Positions 1 through 12,820 of a stretch of DNA of 64,000 bases are shown here, piece by piece. Source of the DNA: Botryllus schlosseri. Lineage: Eukaryota. The DNA lies in NCBI GenBank assembly GCA_051294905.1, contig CM119371.1, positions 11,720,001-11,784,000 of the forward strand, read 5' to 3'. Position 1 is the stretch's first letter, and every line of letters begins with the position of its first letter. A model generated the notes under the pieces. The model saw only the letters and a list, made by a program, of their open reading frames with translations. It had not been told where the DNA came from and searched no databases. A program made the position numbers and the translations under genes.

Positions 1-539
1 ATCTACAGTTTCTAGTGCAATTGCTCGTTTCAGTCATGTATCTTGATATCATGAGTAGCAGGTGTCAGTGTGGATGTTGCCAGCTTATGTCATCTATAAG
101 CGAAAGTTTGTGCTGTAAGGAGGTTCGGAGAGTTACTGGACGTTGACGTATTGGAGATATATTAACATCAAGTTCGATGCAGGAGCGTGACGGGGCTCTG
201 TTTTAGTTGCCAAGTACTTTTCTCGCACTATTACACTTATTTTCATTTTCCAGGAAGCTGAGACATACGGTACTGCCTACAGAAATTTTGTTTGCTGGGT
301 GTGGGGATTCTGTGGCAAAATCCTGCCTTCATGCGTTGCTACTGCTGTCCGAACAACATTTACATTTACAAGGATCCCAGTTCAGTAACGCCACATCGTG
401 AATGAACAGTTTTATTGTAACTAATAAACGCATATAACTAATCGACCAAAATAATGACTGTGTCAGGCAGAGAAGCATATCGGGTTTTATGTCGGGCAAT
501 AGCTTCCTCTCTGTTAATTTTTATTATGCTGCTAGTCAG

Positions 540-1080
540 AGGAGGGGAACGGTCTCAGCGGCATCGCTTAACTCAACAGTTTCTGGTCCAGTTCTGACGA
601 GTGCTTGCACTTCTTCGACAAGCTCATTGCAGTAATCTAGAACAGGCATAAAAATGTGACGAAATTTTATGACGCGGTCAGATCAACGGCAGTTACCAAA
701 TGTTGAATTTTCAAGTATCTTGTGGACAGTAAATTCGCCGTTCTTGTACTTTGGATATTTGACACAGTACCGCGGCGCTCCTTCCCTTGACATTTTCTGA
801 GCTTTCGCGCAATTTTCATTGAAGTGTAGGATTGCCAACTGCATCCTACAAAAATGCATATTGATGAGGCTAGTAATTATGCCAAAATCTGATATAGGTT
901 GTTTTGAATAACCAAGACAATGAAAGGTACCTGGCTTTTTGACTGTTATGGTGGCAGTGATATAACTTTGGGCAGAAATGATTAACGAGGGCGTTGAATG
1001 ATTCACTTCCAGCAGTGTTTCCATTCGGAGATAGATGGCGTATCGTAACTGGGTCATTAACACAACTTTCACAGTGATCT
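540..1080 (-). pseudogene. Degraded, intron-containing C-terminal fragment of a Mutator-like (MULE-type) transposase
   Basis: Minus-strand frames read ...HLSPNGNTAGSESFNALVNHFCPKLYH (~960-1040), then RMQLAILHFNENCAKAQK...RYCVKYPKYKNGEFTVHKI (ORF 683-1072). The ESFxxxxNHFxPK...LAILHFNEN pattern is recalled from invertebrate MULE-like transposases. Stops occur downstream. Confidence 0.55.
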
Positions 1081-2456
1081 TTTACCCACAGACATGTTAT
1101 GGAAGTTCAGTGCTCCTGAGCAGATGAATATTTTGAAGATAATGGTTGAATTTGGTCAAGAATATTGTGAGTTTCACTGATCCGTGGGCACTCAATAGGG
1201 TGGATCAAACAAACTTATCGCACGGGGCTTCATCCCCTAGACCAGTGGTTCTCAACCTGCGGTATGCGAGTCGATTCTTTTTTTCGACCGAAGGGAGCTA
1301 TTAGTTCAGATGTGGTTGCTTTTGAGTTTTTTGAAGACGTCGATCGTCATCGTGGGTAGGGACAATCCCATCAATGACGGCCTACATTGGGATTCCGTTT
1401 TAATATATTTGACCACTACAGAAATCATACAGCCTACTGCGCCTTAAAATGGGCAATTTATTTTCTGTTTCGATGCCGTCGGCGGCTCAACATAGTGGAA
1501 AATTTTCTTGACCACCTTCGGAGCGCGCAACTTATGTAGGTGATACACGACACGAGCACTGCATAAAACCTCGAAATAGTACGTGGACCTTCCATGTCAT
1601 GACTACTCGAAAGCCCCAAGTCATTGTCATGTAAGCACACCGTTTATCTCTTATGTAGTGGCGCTAACCATTAATTTTTCCAACTCACAACTGAATTTTG
1701 TCAGTAATTGGTAATTGCGTAATAGTCCCGCAACCGCAGACAGCACACTCATAGATACACAATTCTGTACATCATGCGTATTATATAGACTATTCATTTT
1801 TTCATCGAGAGGCAGGTAGGCCTACTCAACAATAAAAAATACCGAAACTGAATATCGTGCAAAGTGTTACAATAAATATATCTGCTGAAAAATACTCCAC
1901 CTTTTATTGATTTACATAACATTTCACAGGCTGTGAAGCATTTGCTACAGGGCCAATGACACATCAGAAGCTGATTGATTCGATTAACATCAATACTTTT
2001 CAAAAGCCAAATGGATTATATCACAAAAGAGGCAATTTTGGATAACGTTCTTTGAATGATCATAGTTCTTTGCACATAATGATCGACTGTTTGGCAAGCT
2101 ACTCTCCTTATGATGAATTTACCATTTGAAATCTTCATTATGACGTGATAAACATATTAAATATTTCCAACGGTAAATTTAGACCAGGGGTGGACAAACT
2201 ACGGCCCGCAGGCCCAAGAAACGTATTAACAATATTGATATTGAATGCGTACTAAAAATCTAATCACTGCCGTACGCGATTAACCTATTTTTCTTATCAT
2301 ATTTCACCACGATAAAATATGTTATATTCTTACTATAATATATTGTTATTTCATTGCTGACGCGATAGCCCGACCTCAATGCCCACGCATTTCAAAGGGT
2401 TTCAACTGCAAAACATCGCAGAACGTCAAAAGGTGAATGACTTTCGGATCACGAGT

Positions 2457-4111
2457 GGCTAATTCCATTATAATTCAGCAAATTTTTTGAGATTTGTAAT
2501 GCATGCTCTCAGAATTGTCCAATATTTACATATGTTGTTCTTTTTTGAATTCCAAGTTTATTAAAAAAAAAGAAATTGAAAAATGTTCAGCGGTTCAAAA
2601 GATATTGTGATGTAAAATCCTCTCGTCACTAGGTGGCGCTACTTTCAAAAATCTTTGAAATCGATATTTTTCGCTTTAATTATGGTAGAGAACCAATTAA
2701 AATGTCCATTTAACCAATTCTGGGGCCAAGGAATTCAATAAAACCAACTGTTTCGCCCTAAACTCAATGAAAAAAATGTTACGGATGAAAATAAAAATGG
2801 GGGGACGGGCTTGAAAATGTCTGTAGGATACGACCTACACAAAAAAAATTCTTGTGAAATGTTCTTTTAAGGAGTATGGTTGATAAAAAGCTTGATTTTA
2901 AATATCACATTTATTCCACAGTGAAATATGCATCACATAAAGATTTCATGGTCCCAACCCATATCCCTGCTCACCGTAAATACTATTATCACCAGTCATA
3001 TATATGAAAATTTATTAGAAATGGTTTCGAAATTTTTCAAGTAGAATCCGTGCAGAACCACCGCTTCAATAATAATAGCAAAAAATATTTACAATTGGTC
3101 TTGACATGTGGCAAGTCGACGATCCAAAATGCATGCCAAACACGAAACAAGAAATACGTTCGGATTTTTGACTTTTGACAATGCTAAGAGACAAAATGCA
3201 TTTTCTCGTTTGTTCCATGTCACATTCCAGGTGTCATGAAATGAGAAAATACTTTTTTTTTATCTTTGCCTTATCTTCTGGATAAATTGTGTATTTGAGG
3301 GCGGATCGTCGTGCAGTGTTTGTAGAGTCCTTTAGTTGAGGTTGCTGGATCTCACAAAGAATGTGCTGAAAGTGGACCCAGCAATTGTCCTCTCTTGGTG
3401 GCCATACAAATAATTCTTCTGTGGTATCAGACATGTGAAGGAAATTTACAAGAGTATCTTTTGACTCCGTATTAATTTCCATAATCAATTGTTACTATGT
3501 CTTTTGTTACTTGCTTCTATTATTGTTGAAGCGTTGGTTCCGCACGGATTCTACTTGAAAAATTGCGAAAACTAAATCGAATAAATTTATTGATATATAT
3601 GACTGGTGATAATAGTATTTACGGCGAGCAGGGATATGGGTTGGGACCATGAAATTTTTATGTAAGGCATATTTCACGGTGGAATAACAGTGAAATTTAA
3701 AATCAAGCTTTTTATAAACCATACTCCTTAAAAGCACATTTCACAAGAATTGTTTTTGTGTAGGCCGTATCCTACAGACATTTTCAAGCCCGTCCCCCCC
3801 CCATTTTTTTCATTGAGTTTAGGGCGAAACAGTTGGTTTTATTGAATTCCTTGGCCCCAGAATTGGTTAATTGGACATTTTAATTGGTTCTCTACCATCA
3901 TTTGAGCGAAAAATATCGATTTCAAAGATTTTTGAAAGTAGCGCCACCTAGTGACGAGAGGATTTTAAATCGCAATATCTTTTGAACCGCTGAACATTTT
4001 TCAATTTTTTTTTAAATAAACTTGAAATTCAAAAAAGAACAACATTTGTAAATATTGGACAATTCTGAGGGTATGCATTACAGCCCCTGTTGAATTATAA
4101 TGGAATTAGCC
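2457..4111. mobile_element. Long-TIR (~600 bp) foldback-type DNA transposon derivative with a 4-bp TSD (Sola-like, tentative)
   Basis: Termini GGCTAATTCCATTATAATTCA...TGAATTATAATGGAATTAGCC, with GAGT on both sides (2453-2456, 4112-4115). Arms ~2457-3080 and ~3515-4111 are imperfect inverted copies. The core holds a minus-strand coding remnant (VNFLH...FVWPPREDNCWVHFQHILCEIQQP, 3234-3488). Confidence 0.7.
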
Positions 4112-6139
4112 GAGTGTAATTCTACATTGGCCACTCCAGCAAGTTCATTACTTTTATTGCTGCAGTTGGAATAACCGATTCGCGCATGTGCTAGGTCGAT
4201 TCGTTCACCGTATGTGCAGAAGTATTTCTATTCATAAAATATACACATTATAATGGGAGGGTATTTGAAGCTAACATGGTTATGGCACTGTCATCATCGT
4301 ATGTCCTGGAGTTGAACCAAAAGTAGAATCAGTCAATCTATAAACAGATCACGGTTCACAGACTCAAATCTCCACCCTGTTTCAAGAATCAGGACAACCG
4401 GATATTTTTCGCTTTAATTATGGTAGAGAACCAATTAAAATGTCCATTTAACCAATTCTGGGGCCAAGGAATTCAATAAAACCAACTGTTTCGCCCTAAA
4501 CTCAATGAAAAAAATGTTACGGATGAAAATAAAAATGGGGGGACGGGCTTGAAAATGTCTGTAGGATACGACCTACACAAAAAAAATTCTTGTGAAATGT
4601 TCTTTTAAGGAGTATGGTTGATAAAAAGCTTGATTTTAAATATCACATTTATTCCACAGTGAAATATGCATCACATAAAGATTTCATGGTCCCAACCCAT
4701 ATCCCTGCTCACCGTAAATACTATTATCACCAGTCATATATATGAAAATTTATTAGAAATGGTTTCGAAATTTTTCAAGTAGAATCCGTGCAGAACCACC
4801 GCTTCAATAATAATAGCAAAAATATTTACAATTGGTCTTGACATGTGGCAAGTCGACGATCCAAAATGCATGCCAAACACGAAACAAGAAATACGTTCGG
4901 ATTTTTGACTTTTGACAATGCTAAGAGACAAAATGCATTTTCTCGTTTGTTCCATGTCACATTCCAGGTGTCATGAAATGAGAAAATACTTTTTTTTTAT
5001 CTTTGCCTTATCTTCTGGATAAATTGTGTATTTGAGGGCGGATCGTCGTGCAGTGTTTGTAGAGTCCTTTAGTTGAGGTTGCTGGATCTCACAAAGAATG
5101 TGCTGAAAGTGGACCCAGCAATTGTCCTCTCTTGGTGGCCATACAAATAATTCTTCTGTGGTATCAGACATGTGAAGGAAATTTACAAGAGTATCTTTTG
5201 ACTCCGTATTAATTTCCATAATCAATTGTTACTATGTCTTTTGTTACTTGCTTCTATTATTGTTGAAGCGTTGGTTCCGCACGGATTCTACTTGAAAAAT
5301 TGCGGAAACTAAATAGAATAAATTTATTGATATATATGACTGGTGATAATAGTATTTACGGCGAGCAGGGATATGGGTTGGGACCATGAAATTTTTATGT
5401 AAGGCATATTTCACGGTGGAATAACAGTGAAATTTAAAATCAAGCTTTTTATAAACCATACTCCTTAAAAGCACATTTCACAAGAATTGTTTTTGTGTAG
5501 GCCGTATCCTACAGACATTTTCAAGCCCGTCCCCCCCCCCATTTTTTTTCATTGAGTTTAGGGCGAAACAGTTGGTTTTATTGAATTCCTTGGCCCCAGA
5601 ATTGGTTAATTGGACATTTTAATTGGTTCTCTACCATCATTTGAGCGAAAAATATCGATTTCAAAGATTTTTGAAAGTAGCGCCACCTAGTGACGAGAGG
5701 ATTTTAAATCGCAATATCTTTTGAACCGCTGAACATTTTTCAATTTTTTTTTAAATAAACTTGAAATTCAAAAAAGAACAACATTTGTAAATATTGGACA
5801 ATTCTGAGGGTATGCATTACAGCCCCTGTTGAATTATAATGGAATTAGCCGAGTGTAATTCTACATTGGCCACTCCAGCAAGTTCATTACTTTTATTGCT
5901 GCAGTTGGAATAACCGATTCGCGCATGTGCTAGGTCGATTCGTTCACCGTATGTGCAGAAGTATTTCTATTCATAAAATATACACATTATAATGGGAGGG
6001 TATTTGAAGCTAACATGGTTATGGCACTGTCATCATCGTATGTCCTGGAGTTGAACCAAAAGTAGAATCAGTCAATCTATAAACAGATCACGGTTCACAG
6101 ACTCAAATCTCCACCCTGTTTCAAGAATCAGGACAACCG
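2663..6139 (+). repeat. Near-identical tandem duplication, unit ~1,738 bp (2663-4400 and 4401-6139)
   Basis: Both units start GATATTTTTCGCTTTAATTATGG and end CAGGACAACCG. ORFs 3234-3488 and 4971-5225 translate identically. Differences are a few SNPs and homopolymer lengths. Confidence 0.95.
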
Positions 6140-6366
6140 ACTTTCATCCCTAGTTTTGAAAATTCGTTATTGAGGTAGACCAGCTTAGGAAATCTCGCCA
6201 ACGTTTCTGACGAGCGTAAGATGTCTTCAAATCAATGGTTGGTTGGTTTTGAATGAACATATATATAATTTTCATATCCTCACTATATAATCAAATACCA
6301 ATATTGCGTTTTGGTTTATAATCCCAAATTCATGTAGTGCGGCCCGCGAATGGATTAAGATGTTAA

Positions 6367-6854
6367 AGGGGCACTGCGCTCTAAAAATGATGTGGTCTCA
6401 AATTGAAGGTAAAAACGAACAAAATTTTTTGGCCCCAGCCATTTCCTTCAGAACGCCACCGTAATGGAGCTGCATGCAATTTATTGAAATTTTTACAAGA
6501 CCAGCTGCCGCGGCTGCTTAACCCGTTACATGGCACGATGTCTTCATCGTCGCACTTGCTCGACGCAGTCACGCTGAGAACGAAACTTAGACACATTTCC
6601 TTCATAACATCGGCTGACAACTATCTAAAATTCGTTCTCTGCGTGACTGTCTATAATCGCGTCGAGCAAATGTGACGGTGAAGACATCGTGCCATGTAAC
6701 GGGTTAAGCAGCCGCGGCAGCTGGTCTTGTAGAAATTTCAATAAATTGCAGCTCCATTACGGTGGCGTTCTGAAGGAAATGGCCGCGGCCAAAACTTTTT
6801 GTTCGTTTTTACCTTCAATTTGATACCACATCATTTTTACAGCGCAGTGCCCCT
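6367..6854. mobile_element. Palindromic MITE with TTAA TSD (Kolobok-like)
   Basis: TTAA|AGGGGCACTGCGCT...AGCGCAGTGCCCCT|TTAA. Inverted arms ~180 bp. Purine-purine termini plus TTAA fit Kolobok. Confidence 0.8.
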
Positions 6855-7067
6855 TTAAGCTATACATTGATACTGTGGAGGTAGTCTTAAACTGACAACT
6901 CACTTAAACACACAGAGTTGGCTAGAAAATGGGCAGCCATAAGCAATACAATTGATAGGACTGTGTTGGTATATTGAAATTGACGAGAATAATAGCAAAC
7001 AGTGTAACTGTGAGTACTCCATGGCAATCTGTAGTTATTGGTAAGTATCTTCCATTGACAAGCCAAG

Positions 7068-7142
7068 ATCCGATGCCGATGTGATAGTCGATATGTAGGT
7101 GGCACGTCTCAGCGCTTGCAGCAAAGAATTCGCCAGCATATC
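7068..7142 (+). pseudogene. Penelope-like element, 5' part of the GIY-YIG endonuclease (5'-truncated), interrupted by the giant palindrome
   Basis: Reads IRCRCDSRYVGGTSQRLQQRIRQHI up to the CATATC TSD and continues in frame at 22577. Confidence 0.85.
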
Positions 7143-9549
7143 AGTAGTGAGGGTACCTGAAATCGGTACGCACCAATCAGAGAAGGCCACGTCGCCTTAA
7201 TTGCCACGCCTACATTGTCACATCATCCGCCCCTTGCCGCACCTATAGCACACCTATTGCCACATCATCCATCCATTGCTATATCATCGCTGCATTGATT
7301 GCCGCATCTTGATACTTTTCTCAGATATTGTATTATGTGTATTTAGGACTAATATCATCCGTCCATATTTTTTTAACTTGATTTTATGTGTACAAGTTAC
7401 GGTTTCTGCAGTTTCCACATTTTACGACTTATGATTGCTGCGTCAAAACTTACCTTGGCTAGAATCGACAGATTTTCTATTATGTGTATTTAGGACTATG
7501 TATTTAAATTCCTATTCAGATTATACATAAATGCGAAAACTATGATGTCTATGTAAGGTTATATTCTCCGGATAATATTATTAATATCAAAATTCTACAC
7601 ATCATCACTAATTACTTAATATAAAATGCGATTTTGAGCGCTGCGACTTGATAATATGAACCCCTACGCTTCTGATGCATGATTTTTTGTGATAAGGACC
7701 TAGGTAACATTCAGAGTCTGCAACGATTGTTTGGATATACATTATAGCAATACCCCACTAAACTATAGGCGGTTATATTACTCTATTGGTCAGAGATAAC
7801 TCATCCGTCCATATTTTTAAACTTGATTTTATGTATACAAGTTACTGTCTCTGCAGCCTCCACATTTTACGACTTATTTTCATTAGACGCAGGCAAGCGA
7901 TTCTCCAGTTCGGAGCTACGGAAACAAATCACTCGCATGTGCGCGTTCCGAATAGTCTTGTAGAATTTTCTAAAGTCGGAACAGCTTAGTAGCATATACG
8001 CGAATCCCAAGGTGAAAATAATCGAACGAACTATAGCCGTAGGCGTGCGATTCGCAAGGCTTTATTTATACAAACTCTATCGATGCCTGTACGCGAACCC
8101 CAGCGTTAAAACGATTAGGTCTAATTAACACGTTCTGAAGCCGAAAATTTAGTCAACATCATTGAGATAGCCATGATTTGAAGATGGTGATCGAGTGTGA
8201 CAATAGCACTCGCCAAGGTTAGACAAACATAACCTTAAACTACTCTCTACTTCACAAAATATAAAGTTATAAAAGTAAGCAGATTTCTATGAAAACCCGT
8301 GAAATAGAAGTAAAAGTAGCCTAGAAACATAACTACTTAATGAAAAATCGTGATTCTTGAAGTGACCACATTTCATACGATTCAGTCCTTTTCATGTCAC
8401 TAGAATAAGGTGATTAAACTGACAGTGAAACGCCGCCGGCGTCTTATAACGTAATAATGTAAGCTGCGCCGGGTGCTGCTATAATGTTAGGAGCGAATAT
8501 AGTAGAAAGTTCACGTCTGGACATCTGTAAGTAGGTGCGCATACTACCGTAGTAAAACGCATAACAGAATTCACGCAAAAGTCGATATTGCTTTGTGATG
8601 CTTTTGATGTTGTTCCATACCGATTGGGAAGATAGGACTCCTAATTTCCTAACTAACTACATAATCCCTAGTAACGTAGTCAGACGCATAACGGAATTTA
8701 CGCAAAATCGGTATTGCTCTGCGATAATTTGACCACTATGTTTTGATAATAACTTGCTTCCGAGAAATAAATAACATTCATTATACGTTAGATGATACTT
8801 TTCCTTGATATTCTATTATGTGTATTTAGGGCTAATGCGACATCACTATATTGGCGACAGGCCTGATTTGAACACACTAATTTTGCGAATTAAACTTATC
8901 CCCCAACACGGACACTCAATGAAGAGCACCCCGGAGACCCGCATAAATGCTCCACAATTCTCGACATATAATATACTGAGCATATAATAAGCTAACAAAA
9001 CCTATACTTGAGTACTCCGAAATGTACAAGTACTTTAACTTTACACGACGTTTTTGTAAAATGAATACTAATTTTAATGGAAAATAAAAATTATGTACTC
9101 AAGTAGGTTTTTGTCTACACGCACCAACTACTCAAGTGTTTATGACACAGGAATGATTCATTAAGTATACCACAAGCAGGCCAAACATAATTTAATGGAT
9201 TTATCTGAGATCATTGAGAAGAAGCGTTTCAGAGTCGAACCAAGCACCTTATCGAGCTACCTTGCTCATGGTCGACTGCTACCGGACGCATAGGCTACTC
9301 GGAAAACTACGAATACAATGCGTACCGCACTTTGCAAATTGTTTCGATTTATTCTAGCCGTTTTAATTTAAGGAAGCCCATTTCACTCAATGTATCGATG
9401 CCTACAGTATAGAGTAGGCCTATACTCTACAAAATTTTCTGATTAATTCTTCCTACGTTAATTTACCATAAGAAAGACAATTTGACTCCTAAAGTCCGAA
9501 ATTTTGGGGAGGGGGCCGACGGTCAGTAAATCATTTCGAAGTGCAAGTA

Positions 9550-10098
9550 CAGGAATATCATTATGTCCTACAACTGTGTACTAACGTTCAAGGTGAGAAT
9601 TTAATGTTTAGCATGCTAATTCTGTTATTGAAATTGACTATGTATGGGTATATGCTATGTTCACGAAAATCAGATATGCCTAAAAGTCAGTATTCGACTG
9701 CGATAGTTTCAAAGGTGTTCCATCATTAGATGTGTGATGAAATTTAGCATGGTGCATTGTCATAAGGCTCTACAACTACGTATCAAGTTTAGAGTTGGTA
9801 TTCAATGTTAAGCATGGTAATTCCGTTATTAAAGTCGGCTATGTATGGGTACGTGCTATACGCTCCCACAAACAGATGTACGCAAAAAGCCGATGTAGAG
9901 TCGCGTTAGTTTTAAAGTTGTTCCATCATGAAATGTGTGATGGGATTTGGTATGGTGCATTTTTATAATGTCCTATAACCGCGTACCAACTTTCAAGGTG
10001 GGAATTCAATGTTTAACACGCTAATTCTGCTATTGAAATTGACTATGTATAGGTATATGCTATGTTCACGCAAAACAGATATGCGTAAAAGTCGGTAA
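9550..10098 (+). repeat. Array of ~200-bp diverged tandem units (~2.7 copies); mirror copy at ~19615-20163
   Basis: CTATGTAT recurs at ~9638, 9839 and 10043, and TGTGTGATG at ~9731 and 9933. Confidence 0.85.
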
Positions 10099-10207
10099 CC
10101 CTGTGTTCTCGATTTCTAACTAAAATAGTTACTGAGTAGAATTTGCAATCACTTTCATCTCGCTAAATAACTCTCGCATAGCCCTATCGCTCGAAATATA
10201 TCACCAA

Positions 10208-11042
10208 TCACCTGTTCAGAGCAATAAACACATTTCCACAATGATTTTTTATATTCGTAATATGCGATAATACATCATTAATTATACGAATCATTACCAT
10301 TTGCGTAGAGTAAACATCAAATTCATCTGCTCTCGGCGCTAATTTGGGGAACGAAATTGGTACAATTTGCATATTACCCTTAACGTCGAATTCATTCAGT
10401 TTCACGTTTAATTTCCGGATAAATTCGTTCACAATCAATCATAGTTTCATTCACTTTTATGAGGACATTTCGCTTGCTGTTATATGGTGAAATTAAGTGG
10501 AATTTCACATGACACCCAATAGTTCTACAGTTCCCACGAATCTGGAAAATTGGTAATCGCTCAACGAAACCATTATATTCAACGTCTTCGAAGAAGAACG
10601 AGCAGCAACTCTTATACATCAGTAGCTTCCTACATAAAATACCCTCCCATCTCAAACAATTTTTCGAATGAAATGAGTTCAGCATTACGCTCCACTCTTC
10701 TCTGGTGAGCTCAGATCGGTAGTAGACAGAAACTATATCAGTTTCATCTACAAGACTTGTTGATATTCCATGAAACACCGCCATTCCCATGAGAATTTGA
10801 ATCTCATAACGCACAAGGAATCGCTTGAGAAATTTGATATCATCTTCTCTACGCTTCTTCGAGAGTGAATTTGAATACGGACGATAGTCAGATAATATAT
10901 TTCGCCAGGTATTCGGATCAGCTAGATTCTCATCTTCATGTCTTAATAGAAGCTCCACCATATTCTGTACAGTTAATTGTCTTTTCACCCGCTGAGCCAT
11001 TTTTCTGATACGATACGATACATAACGAAAAACATTCACCAT
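10208..11042 (-). pseudogene. Frameshifted ~276-aa ORF, left-arm copy; unknown function, possibly NOF-like N-terminal domain
   Basis: ORFs 10392-11042 and 10208-10438 join if a 4-nt GATT duplication is removed. It mirrors 18671-19505. Confidence 0.6.
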
Positions 11043-12154
11043 AATATATATTCTGAATATATTTTTTTCTAACCATCCTCGAGGAAATCCACAACTATTT
11101 CCAGAACCCTCCCAATAAATGTATGTCTAATTCTTTGCGAGGACTAAGATTTCACCTAAATAGAGATCAATCATTCTTACGATGTCGAAAAAACTAAACA
11201 GATAAACAAAAAACTCTACCAACATTAAATCAGAATACTCTTACCACCTATCAAGGATAATATAGCTCCGCGAAGACAACTGAACCTTTCGTTAACCTTA
11301 TGTAGCTAATTACAACCTCATTGAGAATAGCTAATTCGCGATAACACTAACCATAGCGACGTTCCAAAGCGTCATGTTTATATTGGATTCTCGCTAATAC
11401 CCCAACAGCTGATAAAGTTAGATAGAGGCTACTAGCTTTAGTTTTTCCTAAACGAAAACTCATAGATACTCAAGTAGAAGACGCACCCATAAATTTATAC
11501 TCGAGTGCAAGTGGAAGTCGTGATTCTCAAGTAAGCAAAATGTAAGTATTCATGAGTTGGTTTAAATGAAGATTGTCAAGTATAAGTAGCATAAACATCA
11601 TATTTGTAGTAGCATGTCCTCAAGATATTTTCAGTTAGGTCTAATTTCACGCTGCTTACCATCCGTACATGCACTTTGGATTCACATTCTTTTCAAGGGA
11701 TAAGCCACACATACGAGAAAAGGCACGCAGTTGAAAAATTCATGATTTCGTCCGAGTTTGTATTTTAGTAATATATACTAATTTACGATACCGCGTTTGT
11801 AACTTAATTTTAGGTCAAATTTGATTCGATTACGGGCATTATAGCGACAGAGATTTACGATACTGTAAAATGACCTACCTTATGACATCAAATTTCGTCT
11901 TCTCTCCAAGTGAAAATATCATGTTCTATAATATTGTCCATACCGAACAAATATAAATTTGCCTGTGCTGTTGCTTTGCAAGAATACTTCGCTCACATAG
12001 TAACCAATTTCTGGTGGATTCCGAATCGATATAGACAGAAATGTGGAAAGTTACATTGGCATGTCTTAACTTCTACCAATATGTAGGCCTACCTACCTAT
12101 AATCTTATCAGGCCGTAGCGCTCACGCAAAGCATTATCAACTAAAGGAAAACAG

Positions 12155-12820
12155 ACTTTTGCGTAAATCTGTTTTTCGATAGCGTAGCACGTACCTATAC
12201 ATAGTAAGCTTCAATAACGGAAGTACCATGCTTATAATCAAATCCCCACCCTGAAACTTGGTACGCATGTAGTTGTAGGACATAATGAATATACACCAAA
12301 CCAAATTTCATCAGACATTTCATGATGCAACACCTTTAAAACCAACGCAGTTCTATACCGAATTTTGACTAAATCTATTTGTCCGTAGCGTAGCACGTAG
12401 CTATACAGTATACATAGTCAACTTTAATAACGAAATTACCATGTTGATAATCGACTCCCCACCTTGAAACTCGGTACGCAGTTGTAACACAATGCACCAT
12501 GTCAAATTCGGTTACGCATTTCATGATTGAACAACTTTAAAACTAGCGCAGTTCGACACCGACTTTTGCGGGAGAGTAGCATGTACCTATGCATAATCAA
12601 CTTTAATAACGAAATGACCATGCTATACATTGAATGCGCAACTAGAAAATTGGTTCACAGGTGTAGGACATTATGACAATGGAACATATCAAATTTCATC
12701 ACACATTTCATGATGGAACACCTTTAAAACTAACGCAGTTCTATACCGATTTCACGTGAATCTGTTAGCGGGAGCGTAGCACGTACCTATGCGTAGTTAA
12801 CTTTTATGACGGAATTACAG
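12155..12820 (-). repeat. Second array of the same ~200-bp unit (~3.3 copies), inverted relative to 9550-10098; mirror copy at ~16893-17558
   Basis: TAGCA(C/T)GTA recurs at ~12185, 12391, 12577 and 12777, and TTTCATGAT at ~12318, 12519 and 12706. These are reverse complements of the 9550-10098 unit. Confidence 0.85.

Larger units (their letters stand above)
2186..6362 (+). mobile_element. hAT (Charlie-like) non-autonomous element, expanded by nested insertions, right end truncated
   Basis: Left TIR CAGGGGTGGACAAACTACGGCCCGC at 2186. The 6000-6350 segment is similar to 58095-58445 of the intact copy at 57429-58488 and includes the subterminal GTGCGGCCCGC. It is cut off at the TTAA element at 6363. 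Confidence 0.65.

Noticed and set aside
9550..12820. CRISPR-like array
   Set aside because: The units are ~200-bp diverged tandem repeats without unique spacers, no cas genes are present, and the context is eukaryotic.
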